From positions 1 through 56,481 of the forward strand of contig MEDY01000175.1 of assembly GCA_001724265.1 (NCBI GenBank): a stretch of DNA of 56,481 bases. Reading direction: 5' to 3'. Positions 31,477-42,700 of this stretch are shown here, one piece after another; position 1 is the stretch's first letter, and each line of letters begins with the position of its first letter. Position numbers and translations under genes: made by a program. The notes beneath the pieces are model-generated. The model worked only from the letters and a program-made list of their open reading frames with translations, was not told the origin of the DNA and searched no databases. This stretch comes from Rhizaria sp. SCN 62-66. Taxonomy: Eukaryota.

Positions 31477-32399
31477 TGTTTAACGCACAAACAGGCAGCG
31501 GACTGGAGCGTCTGCTGCGTGAAAGAGAGAACACGAAGGCCCTTTGAGCCTTTTAGTGGCGGATCACAGAGGTGTCGCGACTGTTGATGGACGGGCCGAT
31601 CCGAACAACAGAGCACAGGGACGGGGCTCTGAGTTGGGCTAGGAGCGGAAGAGGAATGTCACGACAACCGCTCGGGGAGACGTACTGGAAGTGCGCGAAG
31701 GAGTGACGTGGCATGGAGAAAGGGAGATTTCAAGGAGAGAGTGAAGCAGCAACAACACGATCGTGAGCGGGCAAGGCCATGAGTGGACGAACGCAAAAAG
31801 GGGAAAACAAGGGGTGTTTCTTGATCGATGTGAAGATATGACAACTATTTACTAAATAAAACGCATTCTTTGTTTCTAATCATACGGTCAACATGTTAAG
31901 ATTGGGATGATAGTAGTGCGTATTCGTCGATTTCCGATGTGGATCCAGCCTCGGAGACGAGATGAGGTCAGCAATCAGTTCAATAAATCTGCGGTCCCAA
32001 ATGAGTGATTCCAGAATGCAAAGCTAAGCAATGACCAGATTTCACCCGCAACACTTTAAATACACACATAGACAACAAGACAAAGGAACCACGCGCGTGA
32101 TATCCGGACTCAGGGACGACGTACCCATCATCTTGATTAGGACCACAAGCCGATTTTCGAGACTGTCGCGGTTCCGAAAAATCCTTCGGCAAGTGTTCAG
32201 TTACCATATATTCCGAGGCATAACTCATTGAATTTCGGGTCTTTGAGTTTAAAATAAGAATATATTTTTATTCAAGTACATATCTATCTACACACGCGTT
32301 GTTGTATCTTGGACCTACGGAATCCTCCGTGCTCCATAAATCCAATCACTCCTGGCCTCTCCACTTGCTCTCAGTCAATCACCACAAAGCACCGCGCCC

Positions 32400-35300
32400 T
32401 CACTGGCCCTTGTCGCCGCCCTTAGGCGCCGTAAGGAACATCGCCAGCGGGCCCATCTTAGCCTTGGCCGCCGCGCCGCCCGCCTTGGCGCTGGCAGGCG
32501 ACGCCGCAGCAGAGGTGATTACGTCTTTCTCACTCTTGCCGTTATCCCTCTTGCCATTACCGTTGGGCTGCGGGGTGGATTGGGCGCTCTTGCGCTGTCC
32601 TGCGGCGGCGGCGCGGGCAGGCGAGCTCGCGACAGACCCCACCTTGCCATCAGCAGCGTTTGACTTGCGCTCCGGTGTCGCCAGCGCTCCCACCGCGGGC
32701 TGATTGCTGGTGGTGGTGCGAGCGGGCGACTGCGCCGCGGAGGCTCCGTTGCGCGCGCTGCTGCGGATGGGAGACCCGAACGCAGCATCAGTCGCGGCAG
32801 CCGAGGCGGTGGCAGCAGCCTTGCGGGGACTGCTGCGCGCGGGCGTCGCGGGCGCCTGCTTCTTCTGGCTCTTACCGCCATCGTCGTTGTCGTCGTAGTC
32901 GGTGTCGCAAGCGTCCAGGTCCCTGTCGTCATCGCCGATGAGCGCGCCGTTGGAGCCCACGCGCGCCCCCGTGGCGTTGGGGCTCACGGCGGCGGCGGCG
33001 GCGGCGCTGGTAAGCGCGGCGACGAAGCCGCTGGGACTCGCCGGAGAGGACAGGTGCGCAAGGCTGCCCACGGTCACTCCACTGGTGGTTCCCGCGGCGG
33101 CGGTGGAGGGCGAGGCGGCGGCAGAGGCCAGACGAGCCTTCTTGGGCGGCGACGACACGGGGGCAGAGTCACTTGCCCCGTCAACCGCTGCAGCAGGCGC
33201 AATCGCGTGAGCAGCAGCGTCAGCGCCGGCGCTGGAGCTGGAGCCCGCGGCGTTGTAGCGCTTGAGGGCGTTGCGGGCCCTGAAGTTTGAGCAGCCGAGC
33301 GTCTTCTCGATGAGCTTCGGGGCGGGTGTCGCGCCGTTGTTGTCTTTAATGTAAGCCGCCACCCAGGCGTCGATGTCCTCGGTGGTGACTGCGGGCTTGG
33401 CTGCGGCGCCGGCCGGGCTGGCACTGGCGCCAGCGCTCGTCGTCGCAGCAACAGCGGTCGCAGCTGCGGGCGCGGGGGTAGTGGGGCCAGCGGCGGCAGT
33501 CGCAGCGGTCGCGGCATCTGGGGCAGGAACAGTGGCCTCAGCACCAGTCGATGCAGCGGCCGCAGCAGGAACAGCAGCATTGGCAGTGGCAGCAGACTTC
33601 TTGGCACGGGACTTTGTCGGACCCGCGGTCGTCGCAGCACCAGCAGCAGCGGGCACAGCAGTCGCGCCATCGGCATCCGCCGCACTTGCGGCACTCGTGG
33701 TGACAGTTGCGCTGGCAGTTGCGTGGGCGTCGGTGTCGTCCTGCATCGCCAGCACGCAGTGGCTACCGAACAGACGCCTGCGCGCCGCCGCGATCGTGTC
33801 GACGCAGATGGGTACGGCGGTGGCGGGCGTGGCCGTAGTGATCAGCGTGAGGCCCGTCGCCGCGAGCGCGAGCGCGAGGGACTCGGCGCTGTATTCGACG
33901 TTGACAGTCAGGGGCGCAGCAGCGGCGGGCGCAGTCGCAGTCGCGTCCGGAGCAGACTCAACCGAGCTCGACGACTGCTGCTGATGTGAAGCCGACGGCG
34001 ATGACGCCGATGCCGACGATGACGAGGAACAGCTTGAGCTCGAGTGAGAGCTCGAACTGGTAGAGAGCCAGTTGTTGTTCTCGTAAAAGCCCGTGCTGTC
34101 GCCGGCAACGGTGACCGTGAGCAGCGGCGGCGCGGCGCAGCCGAGCGAGGTCACACTGGGCAGAGACGTGGTCACGGCGCAGGCGCCGGCACCACTAGTA
34201 GACTCGGGGCCAGCGGTGCTCGCGCTGCAGATACTGGGCGCGGTGAGCGCGGGCGACGAGAGGGCCTTGAACGCGCTCGGCACAATCACACTCTGACCAG
34301 AGCCAGTCGCAGACGCCGCAGGCGCAACATTGGTGACCTGAGAGCCGCCCGCCAGCGCGCTAGCGACGGCGTCGCGCTTCGCTGCGATCTCCACGGCCCA
34401 GGCGGCGGCATCGAAGGCTGTAAGGCGCACGCCGAGCTCGCTAGTCTCGAACGACACCACAGAGCAGTAGCCGTCCTGCGACGAGATGACCAGTGTCAGC
34501 CCGTCGCTCGTCCACGCGAGGTCGCTCAGGTGCATCGAGTGCAGCGCCTTGAGCACTGCGACGGCCGCGAAGGACTGCGTGTCGAAGACGATCACGTGGC
34601 GCGACGACGCGACAGCGCCAATCATGCGGTAGCCAACGCCGCCGCCGCCGCCGGGCGCATGCGTGGCCAGCGCCGACGTCGCGGGGTCGGCGTAGAGCAG
34701 CAGCGGCGAGAAGCGGACCGCGATTGGCGCGTCAGGGCACGGGATGGCCGCGAGAGGCGAGGACCAGCGGCCGCGGGCAAAGACCCAGGCGCAGTCCACG
34801 GCTCCGGTCGCAGGCACACCAGCCGCACTTAAGTTCGCACCGGCGCTCGAATTGCTACTGTTTGTGGCTGTCGCAGCAGTGGAGGGCGCAGGGACGTAGG
34901 TGCCCGCGGGACACACGAGGTACATGCCGTCGGGGCTGAAGGCGAGGCGGCGGAAGAACGTGGGGTCCGTTTCGCGCTGGAAGAGGTTGTGGGACGCGCC
35001 GTCAGCGGCCGCGCCCGCGGGACCGCCGGTGCGGGAGAGGAACTTCTTCTGGCGCTCCACGGCCTCGGCCGCCAGCAGCGAGTCCAGCGCGGCCAAGGAG
35101 CCAGGCAGCGCGGGGCCCGCGGTGGCGGCGGCGGCGGCCGCGGCGGCAGCAGCTGCGGCGGCTGCGGGGTCAGCGTCGGCGGCGGCGGCGGTAGCAGTGC
35201 TGGAGCCGGGGGGTTTGTTGTCGTAGCAGCGGCGGACGAGGTCGCAGAGAGGGCGGAGGATCGCGGTGTCGGGGGGTCGGATCGTGGCCGAGTGCACCGC

Positions 35301-37251
35301 CGCGGCGGCGGACGCGGCGGCGGCGGCGGCAGCGAGCGCGTTCGCGTTCGTAGCACCGGCAGTTGCAGCGGCGGCCGACGGAGTGACCACGTCGATGGTA
35401 TTGATGTCAGCGGCGTCGTCGTCAGCCATCAGCGCAGTCGCAGCGAGAGCCTCGGTCGGCTCTATAGTGGAGGCAGCGTTTGCACTGGCGGCAGCGGACT
35501 TCTTGGAGACAGCCTTGAGCACCGTCACGCCAGTGTCAGCGGCGGCAGCGCCGGCGGCAATGGGCACGAACGCCGCTGCAGGACCAGCGCCACCCTTGCT
35601 CCCCGCGCTGCTGTTTGCGTTTGTGGCGGAATTTGCGTTGGCGGTGGCCTGCCAGGTCATCGCGAGTACCGCGCCGCGGGCCACGTTCTTCCCCACGGTG
35701 AACACGGCCACTGTGCGATCGGCGGACTGCGTGGCCACAAACTGGCCGAGCGGGTCCACGGCCACGCCTTGCGCCTGCGTGCCGTGCGGGTCCGCCAGCT
35801 GCGCCGCGCGCAGGGACTGAGGCAACAGCGGCGCCGCCACGGACGGCGCAGCGATTGGCAGGGGGATCGCGTCGTCGGTCAGCACAGAGATGGGGTACAC
35901 GGGCGTGTAATCACACGCGACGCCGGGGATAGTCACGCCGCCGCCCATAGCAGCGGCTGCGCCGTCGCTGTCGGACATCGCGGACGTGGAAGACGCTGGA
36001 GAAGATGATGATGAGGCGGCCTCAGCGGCTGCGGCAGCGGCGGCGGCGCACGGCACGGGAACGCCCTGCGCGCGCGCCCAGGCTTCGTAGGGGACGAGCG
36101 CGGGCAGCGTGAGCGGGCGCGTCATCTGCCACACGATCACCTTGCCGTCCTGGGAGACGGAGTACAGCGCAGAGCCGCAGGGGGACCACTGGAGGTCGTA
36201 GACACACGCGAAGTGGTTGCTCAGCGTGGCCACCCGGGTCCACGATTCAACGTCGTAGGACGACGAGGATGGGGAGACAAAAGACGCGGCCATGGCGGTC
36301 GCGGCGGCGTCATCGTCGTCCGCAGCGGCAGCGGCAGCGGCAGCGGCAGCGGCGTCAGAGTCAGCATCAGCGTCAGTGTCAGCCGCCTTGGCCTCGGTCG
36401 CGGTAGAGTCACTCTCAGCCGCCGCAGCAGCAACAGGCGTCACCACGGCAACTGTGTTCGCATCAGCAGAGGGCTGCACGCCGTTGGGGTTGCTATTGAA
36501 ACCTGTGGAGGCGACGGGCGCGGCGGCGGAGGCGGCCGAGGCCAGCAGCACCGAGCGCGCCTCGGTCTTGAGCAAGGACAGCAGTGCCGCCGCGGACGAA
36601 GGCAGCGAGCGCGCGGCGGCCGCGGACAGCGCGGACGCGGCGCTGGGTGACGACGCGGTGGGGGCGGCGGCCAGGGCGGATGCGGGCGTGGCGGCAGAGA
36701 GAGAGGAAGGGAAAGTCGGGGCAGTGGGGGCCGAAGCGACGCCGCGGGAGGGGCCGTTGTAGCGCCAGATACACACTTGGTTATCTGCGAATCAGAATGA
36801 CATAAACGTAAATGGTGAGGAATACTGGTTTTGTTAGCTGGGGTATTTCATTTAAGAGCTGGTATGTTTGTTTTGAGAAGTCAGAGAGGAGGAACGTACT
36901 GTCTGCGCCCGAAGCGAGGAACATCCCGTTGGGGCTGAAGCGGATGGTGTTGACGGCACAGTCTTGGTTCTCAAGCTCAGAGAGGAACTCAAGGAGCAAG
37001 TGGTCATCGTTAACATGACGGCGGAGCTGCCAGATCTGTGAAAGAGAGCGATGTTATGTGGGGGTCGGTTGGAGTGTGAGGTGGAGCTTGCTGGGTATGC
37101 AACGATGAGAGGAGTCAGAGAGAAAGGGCGCGGAACGTACACGAATAGAGCCGTCTTGACTTGCGGTGGCAAGGCGACCGGACGGGTGAAAGTCGACACC
37201 AAAGATGGCAACCTGGTTGTGCCAGGAAACCATGGGAACCTCTACCTTCAT
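32400..37251 (-). CDS. CHAF1B: Chromatin assembly factor 1 subunit B (p60/Cac2), WD40, ~1543 aa; exons 37251-37141, 37035-36900, 36784-32400
   Basis: MKVEVPMVSWH, VDFHPSGRLATASQD, AVNTIRFSPNGMFLASGAD, VYDLQWSP, QGVAVDPLGQFVATQSADR, TFFRRLAFSPDG and LSDLAWTSDGLTLVISSQDGYCSVVSF. Two GTACGT...CAG introns restore the frame. Stop TGA. Confidence 0.9.
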
Positions 37252-37709
37252 TGATAGAGGATCCTGCGAGACCGATGCGGCAGTTGGAGACAAGCCGGTC
37301 AATGAAGAAGGAGTTATCAAAGGATAAAAGATTAGTGGAGAGTATATCATATTATATTTTTAAATGAAAGTGACGATTGCAGCTATTGATTATATTATCA
37401 GTCATTTTGACAGATGAGTTACGATGGCGTTGTGAGTTTAAGATCGAGTCCATGTTGGCGCGAAGCGGACGCACTGCCAACCAGACAGACATTGGTTGGA
37501 TCATCAACCACGTCATTGCGAGGAGAGAAGTCAGACTTATTGAGCCGTACAGATTTATTTGTACATTAGTCGCGTCTTACACCTTATGTTTACGATTATA
37601 CTCGCAGTACCTGTAGAGCTCCAGTGATAGTTCATTTTTTATGGGTTTGACCACATACACAAAGTGTGGACGGCTGACTCGTCTATGAGAAGTTATTGAG
37701 ACGTAGTCA

Positions 37710-38327
37710 TCACCTACGATCATCCCAGGACACAGTCTTAATATACGCACTCAAATATATCATATATTCGAGGTTGCATCGTGGTAGTCTGATAACCCTC
37801 CTGTATCGACTCCTTCGTAGCACCAACAACTGAGCAGACGTCACTGGACAGCGCTTAACCGAATGTCTTGGAGCGCGATAGTCGTTAGTCAAGACGTAAT
37901 AGCAACCGGCAGTAGTCAACATGTCCCCGCTGAACATAATACTTCTACTGCTTCTTCGCGAAAGTGCCGATTTGCAGACTGAATACTCGCTTTGCCACGC
38001 AAGAGCACTGACTATGCTGGCGATTGCAGGGCGGAGTTCTTTAACAGGGAGATCCACGCCATAATCCGCTGTCAAAATAAAGTACGACATAATAATACGG
38101 AGCAATATCGCGTAGGCACTTCCAGAATGCGTCATTTCTCCTAATATCTGCTTTGTCACGACAGCTCCGGTCGAGTGAGCAGTGGCGACCAGCCCAGTCT
38201 GCCAGCAGAACCCAGTAGACGGGGTCATACAGCACCATTCATCGACTCTCAAATACTACAAAATATGCCATTCATCTACATATACCCCCAACCCGGCCAA
38301 TATCGCATCGTGGTGCATTAGTTCCAT
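37710..38327 (-). CDS. Hypothetical protein (~205 aa) if TAG 38256-38258 is read as sense
   Basis: ATG at 38327 (MELMHHDAIL...VDEWHIL*YLRVDEW...) runs in frame into ORF 38252-37710 and ends in TGA. Lower GC than neighbouring genes; no recognised homology. Confidence 0.35.
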
Positions 38328-38583
38328 GGAATCAATGTTTCTCCACTCGGACCTAGACCCAACGGCAAGCCACGGATGCGAAGCAACCGATCTTTGCCGA
38401 TATAGAGCATACTAAATCCATCGTCAAATAGTATAACGACTGACCCCACATGAATTATTAATGTTATTTCTATACTGTATTTTAAAGATACTGTCGTAGT
38501 ATCTCGCATTCTCACACGATTGCTTCCTTTGTTTTCCTTCTTTGCTCTCGCTCAAACCCAACACCTTCATGCGCTTCCCAAGG

Positions 38584-39032
38584 ATGGCCAAGCACCACCC
38601 TGACCAAATCATGTGCCGCAAGCAGCCGGGCGTGGCTGTTGGCCGCCTGTGCTTGAGCTGCGACGGCAAGTGCTGCCTGTGCGACAGCTTCGTGAAGCCC
38701 CACACGCAGGTCCGCGTCTGCGACACCTGCGACTACGGGGCCATGCAGGGCCGCTGCATCATCTGCGGCAATAAGGGCTACTCCGACGCCTACTACTGCA
38801 AGGAGTGCTGTCTCCTTGAGAAGGACCGCGACGGTACGTGTTTATCTTTCAAACTCTCCATAAATACCTTGCTTCTCGCTTCCTGTCCAGCATTCCTTAC
38901 CTCACCATATTCTCTCTCGCTCTTGCGTTCCTTTTCGTCCTTTTAGGCTGCCCCAAGATCATCAACCTCGGCACAGCCAAGTCAGACAACTTCTACGAAC
39001 GCAAACGTGCCGCGGGAACAAAGAAAACATGA
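38584..39032 (+). CDS. PHF5A: PHD finger-like domain protein 5A (Rds3/SF3b14b), U2 snRNP SF3b subunit, 111 aa; exons 38584-38833 and 38947-39032
   Basis: MAKHHPD...CRKQPG...DAYYCKEC...[14 protein letters not shown]...FYERK. Phase-1 intron GTACGT...TTTAG. Stop TGA. Confidence 0.97.
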
Positions 39033-39048
39033 CCTCATAAGCCTAGCC

Positions 39049-39312
39049 TCACCATCATGAGCCATGCTCGTCTCTCTGCAGCAACCACGACAACAATCCA
39101 ATGTCTCGCTTTTGACTCTTTCGCTCGTTCACTATGCCGTTGCGCAACCTAACGGATGAGTATATCTCCGGTGGCAGTGCGTGTATGTGGACATGCGTAC
39201 ACGTTGTGCTGCGTTGGGCTTCTGTGCGCAGCATTGCTCATCCAAGTGTATGCGGGCGCTAGGTTGTTGCTCGTTCGTTGCTGCAGTGGACGTGCGTGGC
39301 TCATGATTGTGA
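39049..39312 (+). repeat. Imperfect inverted repeat (~45-50 nt arms) forming a long hairpin downstream of PHF5A
   Basis: Left arm 39049-39097 (tcac-c-atcatgagccatgctcgtctctctgcagcaaccacgacaacaat) pairs with right arm 39263-39312 (gttgttgctcgttcgttgctgcagtggacgtgcgtggctcatgat-t-gtga). Confidence 0.8.
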
Positions 39313-39744
39313 TGCTCTGCCGTGTTTTCTTTCGACGCATCAGCGTTGTTTCTTTTATGTGCTTGTCATTTATGTAGACTCTTGTATACCTATTATATTC
39401 ACTTTTCTTTTGCTTGCTTAATCGCGCATTTGCCTAACTTTTCGGTCAACATGTTCAAATAGGCAAAACAGCAATAAACCAACATCAATTTCGACAATCA
39501 TGCTTTAGATCTAATGCGGCCACTTGTAATTCATTTACATATGTGCATCACCGTAATCTCAACGTGGGACATAACTCAATCCTTAGAGATCTAAGTTGCG
39601 GTGCTAGTAAAAACACGATTTGTATGCAAAGCGTTATCCATAATTAATTATTCGTTTAATACATCGTACAATACAGGTTCATCATATTGCCTTCATAAAT
39701 AGGTATCCATTCAATATCTAATCTTCTCAGGTCACATCACACGT

Positions 39745-42700
39745 TTAGCCGCGACGGTCAAACTTGCGCACCTTGGCTCCCTTGAAGAAACCGCCCTTGC
39801 CGCCAGAGGTCCGCTCAGCCTTCTTGCCGCCGAAGCCGCCAGAGCCTGAGCCAGCGCCAGCGCCGCTGCGGTAGTTGTCATTCTTGCCGCGCGAGTCCTG
39901 CGATGCGCGCTTGAAGTCGATGCGCCCGTCCTTGCCGCCGTAGCTCTCCTTGAGGTCCTTGAAGCCGGTGAAGCCCTTGATATGGGCGGCCGGCCCCACG
40001 GCGCGCTGCGCGTTGTCCATGATCTTGACCATGCCATGGTCGCGGTTGTAGACGTTCTTGCGCGCGACGTTGACGGCGTTGGCCATCATCTGGAACGCGC
40101 CAGACGACGCGTGCGCCGTCTCGCCCGTCATGTGCATGCGGCCGACGTCGCGCGCCGAGTCGCGGTGCGTGGCCGACAGGTCGAACTGCGAGGCCGCCGC
40201 GTCCGTCGCCGTCGACGAGCGCGGGCGCTTGATCACGGCCTCGCCGGCCAAGGGAATGCGGCGCACGCCGAGGGCGTCACGGTCGTCGTCGCCGTCGTCG
40301 TCGCTGTCGTCGGCGACGGTCGCGCGGAGGCTCGGAGTCGCAGCAGCAGCAGCAGCAGCGCTAACAGCAGGGGAGTAAGGTTTGCTGCCACTGGAGAGCT
40401 TGGTGGCGATGTCTTCGTGACGGTGGTCGTCAGCGTCGTCGTCACCGCCCCAGCTGTTCTTGTTCAGCGAACTCGTGCCCTTGGCGAGCTTGGGTACCGC
40501 GCGCTTCACACTGCCCTGGCGAGCGCCGGCGGCCTCCATGGCCTCCTTTACAGCACGCTGCGCCACGACGCCGCCGACCTTGGCCGCGGCGGTGACCGTG
40601 GCGGCCGTGTACACGGCGGCGCCGCTGCGGCGACCGAGGTCGACATCACTGTCGCTGTTGTCGGCCGCGGCCGCGGCGTGCAGGTCGGCCGCGCGCACGC
40701 GGTTGCGCTTCTGCTTCTGGTGCTCCTGTTTCTGCTTCAGCTGCTGCTGCTTGGCCTCCGCAGCGGCAGCAGCAGCGGTAGTGTCGGCGTCCTTGGTCCC
40801 GTCGCGGTTGTTTCCGGCGCGGCCGTCGCTCTCCTGCTTGTTCTTGCGCTCGATGCGCTTCGCCATCTCGTCCTTGACGGCCCAGATGGCGTCCTTGCCT
40901 GTGAACTCGGTGCGCACCTTCTTCAGCCGGCCCGCGTCGAGCGCGGAGTCGTACTCGTCGCGCACGTAGCCCAGCTTCCCGCTCGCCGCGACCTCGGCGG
41001 CGGCGTCTGCGGTGCCCGCGGAGCCCGACCGGTCGGCGCCGTCCCAGCCCTCGAGCTTGGGCGCCGTGGCGAAGATGGCGGCCGCGCCCTTGGCGAGGTA
41101 GCGTTGCTGGCCTGCGCGCATGGCGTCGGTCACGCCGTCGAGCTTCTCCTTGGTCGCGCGGCGGCGCGCCTTGGCCTTGAGTCGCAGCGCCTCCTCCGGA
41201 GTCACGAACTTGCTGTTGCGGGCTGCGGCCGCGGTCGCGTTGGCCGCGGCAGCGTCCTCGTCCTCGTCATCGTCGTCGCTTTCGGTCTCACTGTCAGCCT
41301 TCTTGCCCTTGTTCTGAGCCTTGTTCTTAGACTTGGCGTCCGAGTCGGAGTCGGAGTCGCGTTGCGTGCTCTGTACGCGGCCGTCCTTAGCCTTCTTGCC
41401 GCGCGTGCTCACCTTATCCTCGGCGTCGCTGTTGCCGTGGCCGTCGTCGTCGCTGTCGCTGGTGTCTGACCGCACCGCCGCCTTGCGCGCAGCCGCCTTG
41501 CTGTCGTAGTCGTCGCCACCATCGTCGTCGCTGCTGTCGGCGGCGGCGTTGCTGTCTTCGCTCGAGTCCGACATTGCGGCCAGCGCGGCGGCGCGGGCGG
41601 CCTTGGCGGCAGCCTTCTTGCCCAGCGCCGCGGGCATGGCTACGATACGGCCGACGCCGCTGCTGCGCTCCGCGGCGGCCAGGAACGCCGCCGCAACCGA
41701 GGCGGACTTGGCCTTATCGCTGAGGGGCTTGCGCTTCTTCTTGCTGCTGTCGTTGTCAGACTCGGACTCGGACTCGGACTCGGACTCGGCGGCGGCATTG
41801 GCGTTGGTGTCCGTGTCGGAGTCGCTGATGGCGAGCAGTGCGGCGTACTCAGCGGGCACTTCGGACTCAGCCTTCTGAGGGACAGTGCTGACCTTGGCGG
41901 CGGCAGCGACAGGAGCGGAGATCTTAGTGGGCGCAATGAGCTTCTTGCCCTTGGAGTCGGGAATAGCGGCGGATGTCTTGAAGACGGCGGCATTGGTGAT
42001 AAGCTTCTGAGACTTCTTCCCCGCGGCAGCGTCATCGCTGTCACTCGAGTCGCTCATGTCATGCTCACCCTCACCGTCGTCCTCATCGCTGTCGAGCTCA
42101 GCCTCATCGGACTCAGTTTCGGTGTCAATCTCACCGTCCTCGTCCTCGTCCTCGATGTCATCCTCAGCATCGGCCTCGTCCTCATCCTCGTCGGCAATAT
42201 CGCCCTCGAGCTCGCCGTCCTCGTCAGCCTCGTCATCGCCTTCAGCAATGTCGCCCTCGCCCTCGTCGCCTTCATCGCCGTCGAGGTCGTCGCCCTCGTC
42301 ATCGCCCTCAAGCGTCGCTTCATCGCCCTCAGCAAAGTCCGTGCCGTCGTCGTCGTCCTCGTCCTCGTCAGAGCGCGCGTCGCTTTCGAAGCCAGTGACG
42401 TCGTCTGCGTCGGGGTCGTAGTCGACGCCGAAGTTGGACTTCATGAACGCAGCAATGCGCGCGTTGGTATCGGACTCATCATAGTCCTCCTCCTCTTGCT
42501 CTTCCTCATCCTCGAAGTCATCCTCGTCGTCATCGTCAGAGTCAGAGTCAGCGTCCAAATCAGCGTCAGCGTCCTCATCAGCGTCAGCGTCCTCATCAGC
42601 GTCATTATCGTCGTCGTCACTGTCGCTGCCACTGTCGGCCATGGCCGTGAGCGGCGCGGCGCTTGCGACGGCAAAGTCAATGAGACCCTTCTTGGCGGCG

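Noticed and set aside
31980-32228. 82-aa ATG ORF between CHAF1B and the giant USP
   Set aside because: No motif, low GC and no splice support; it cannot be excluded but is unsupported.
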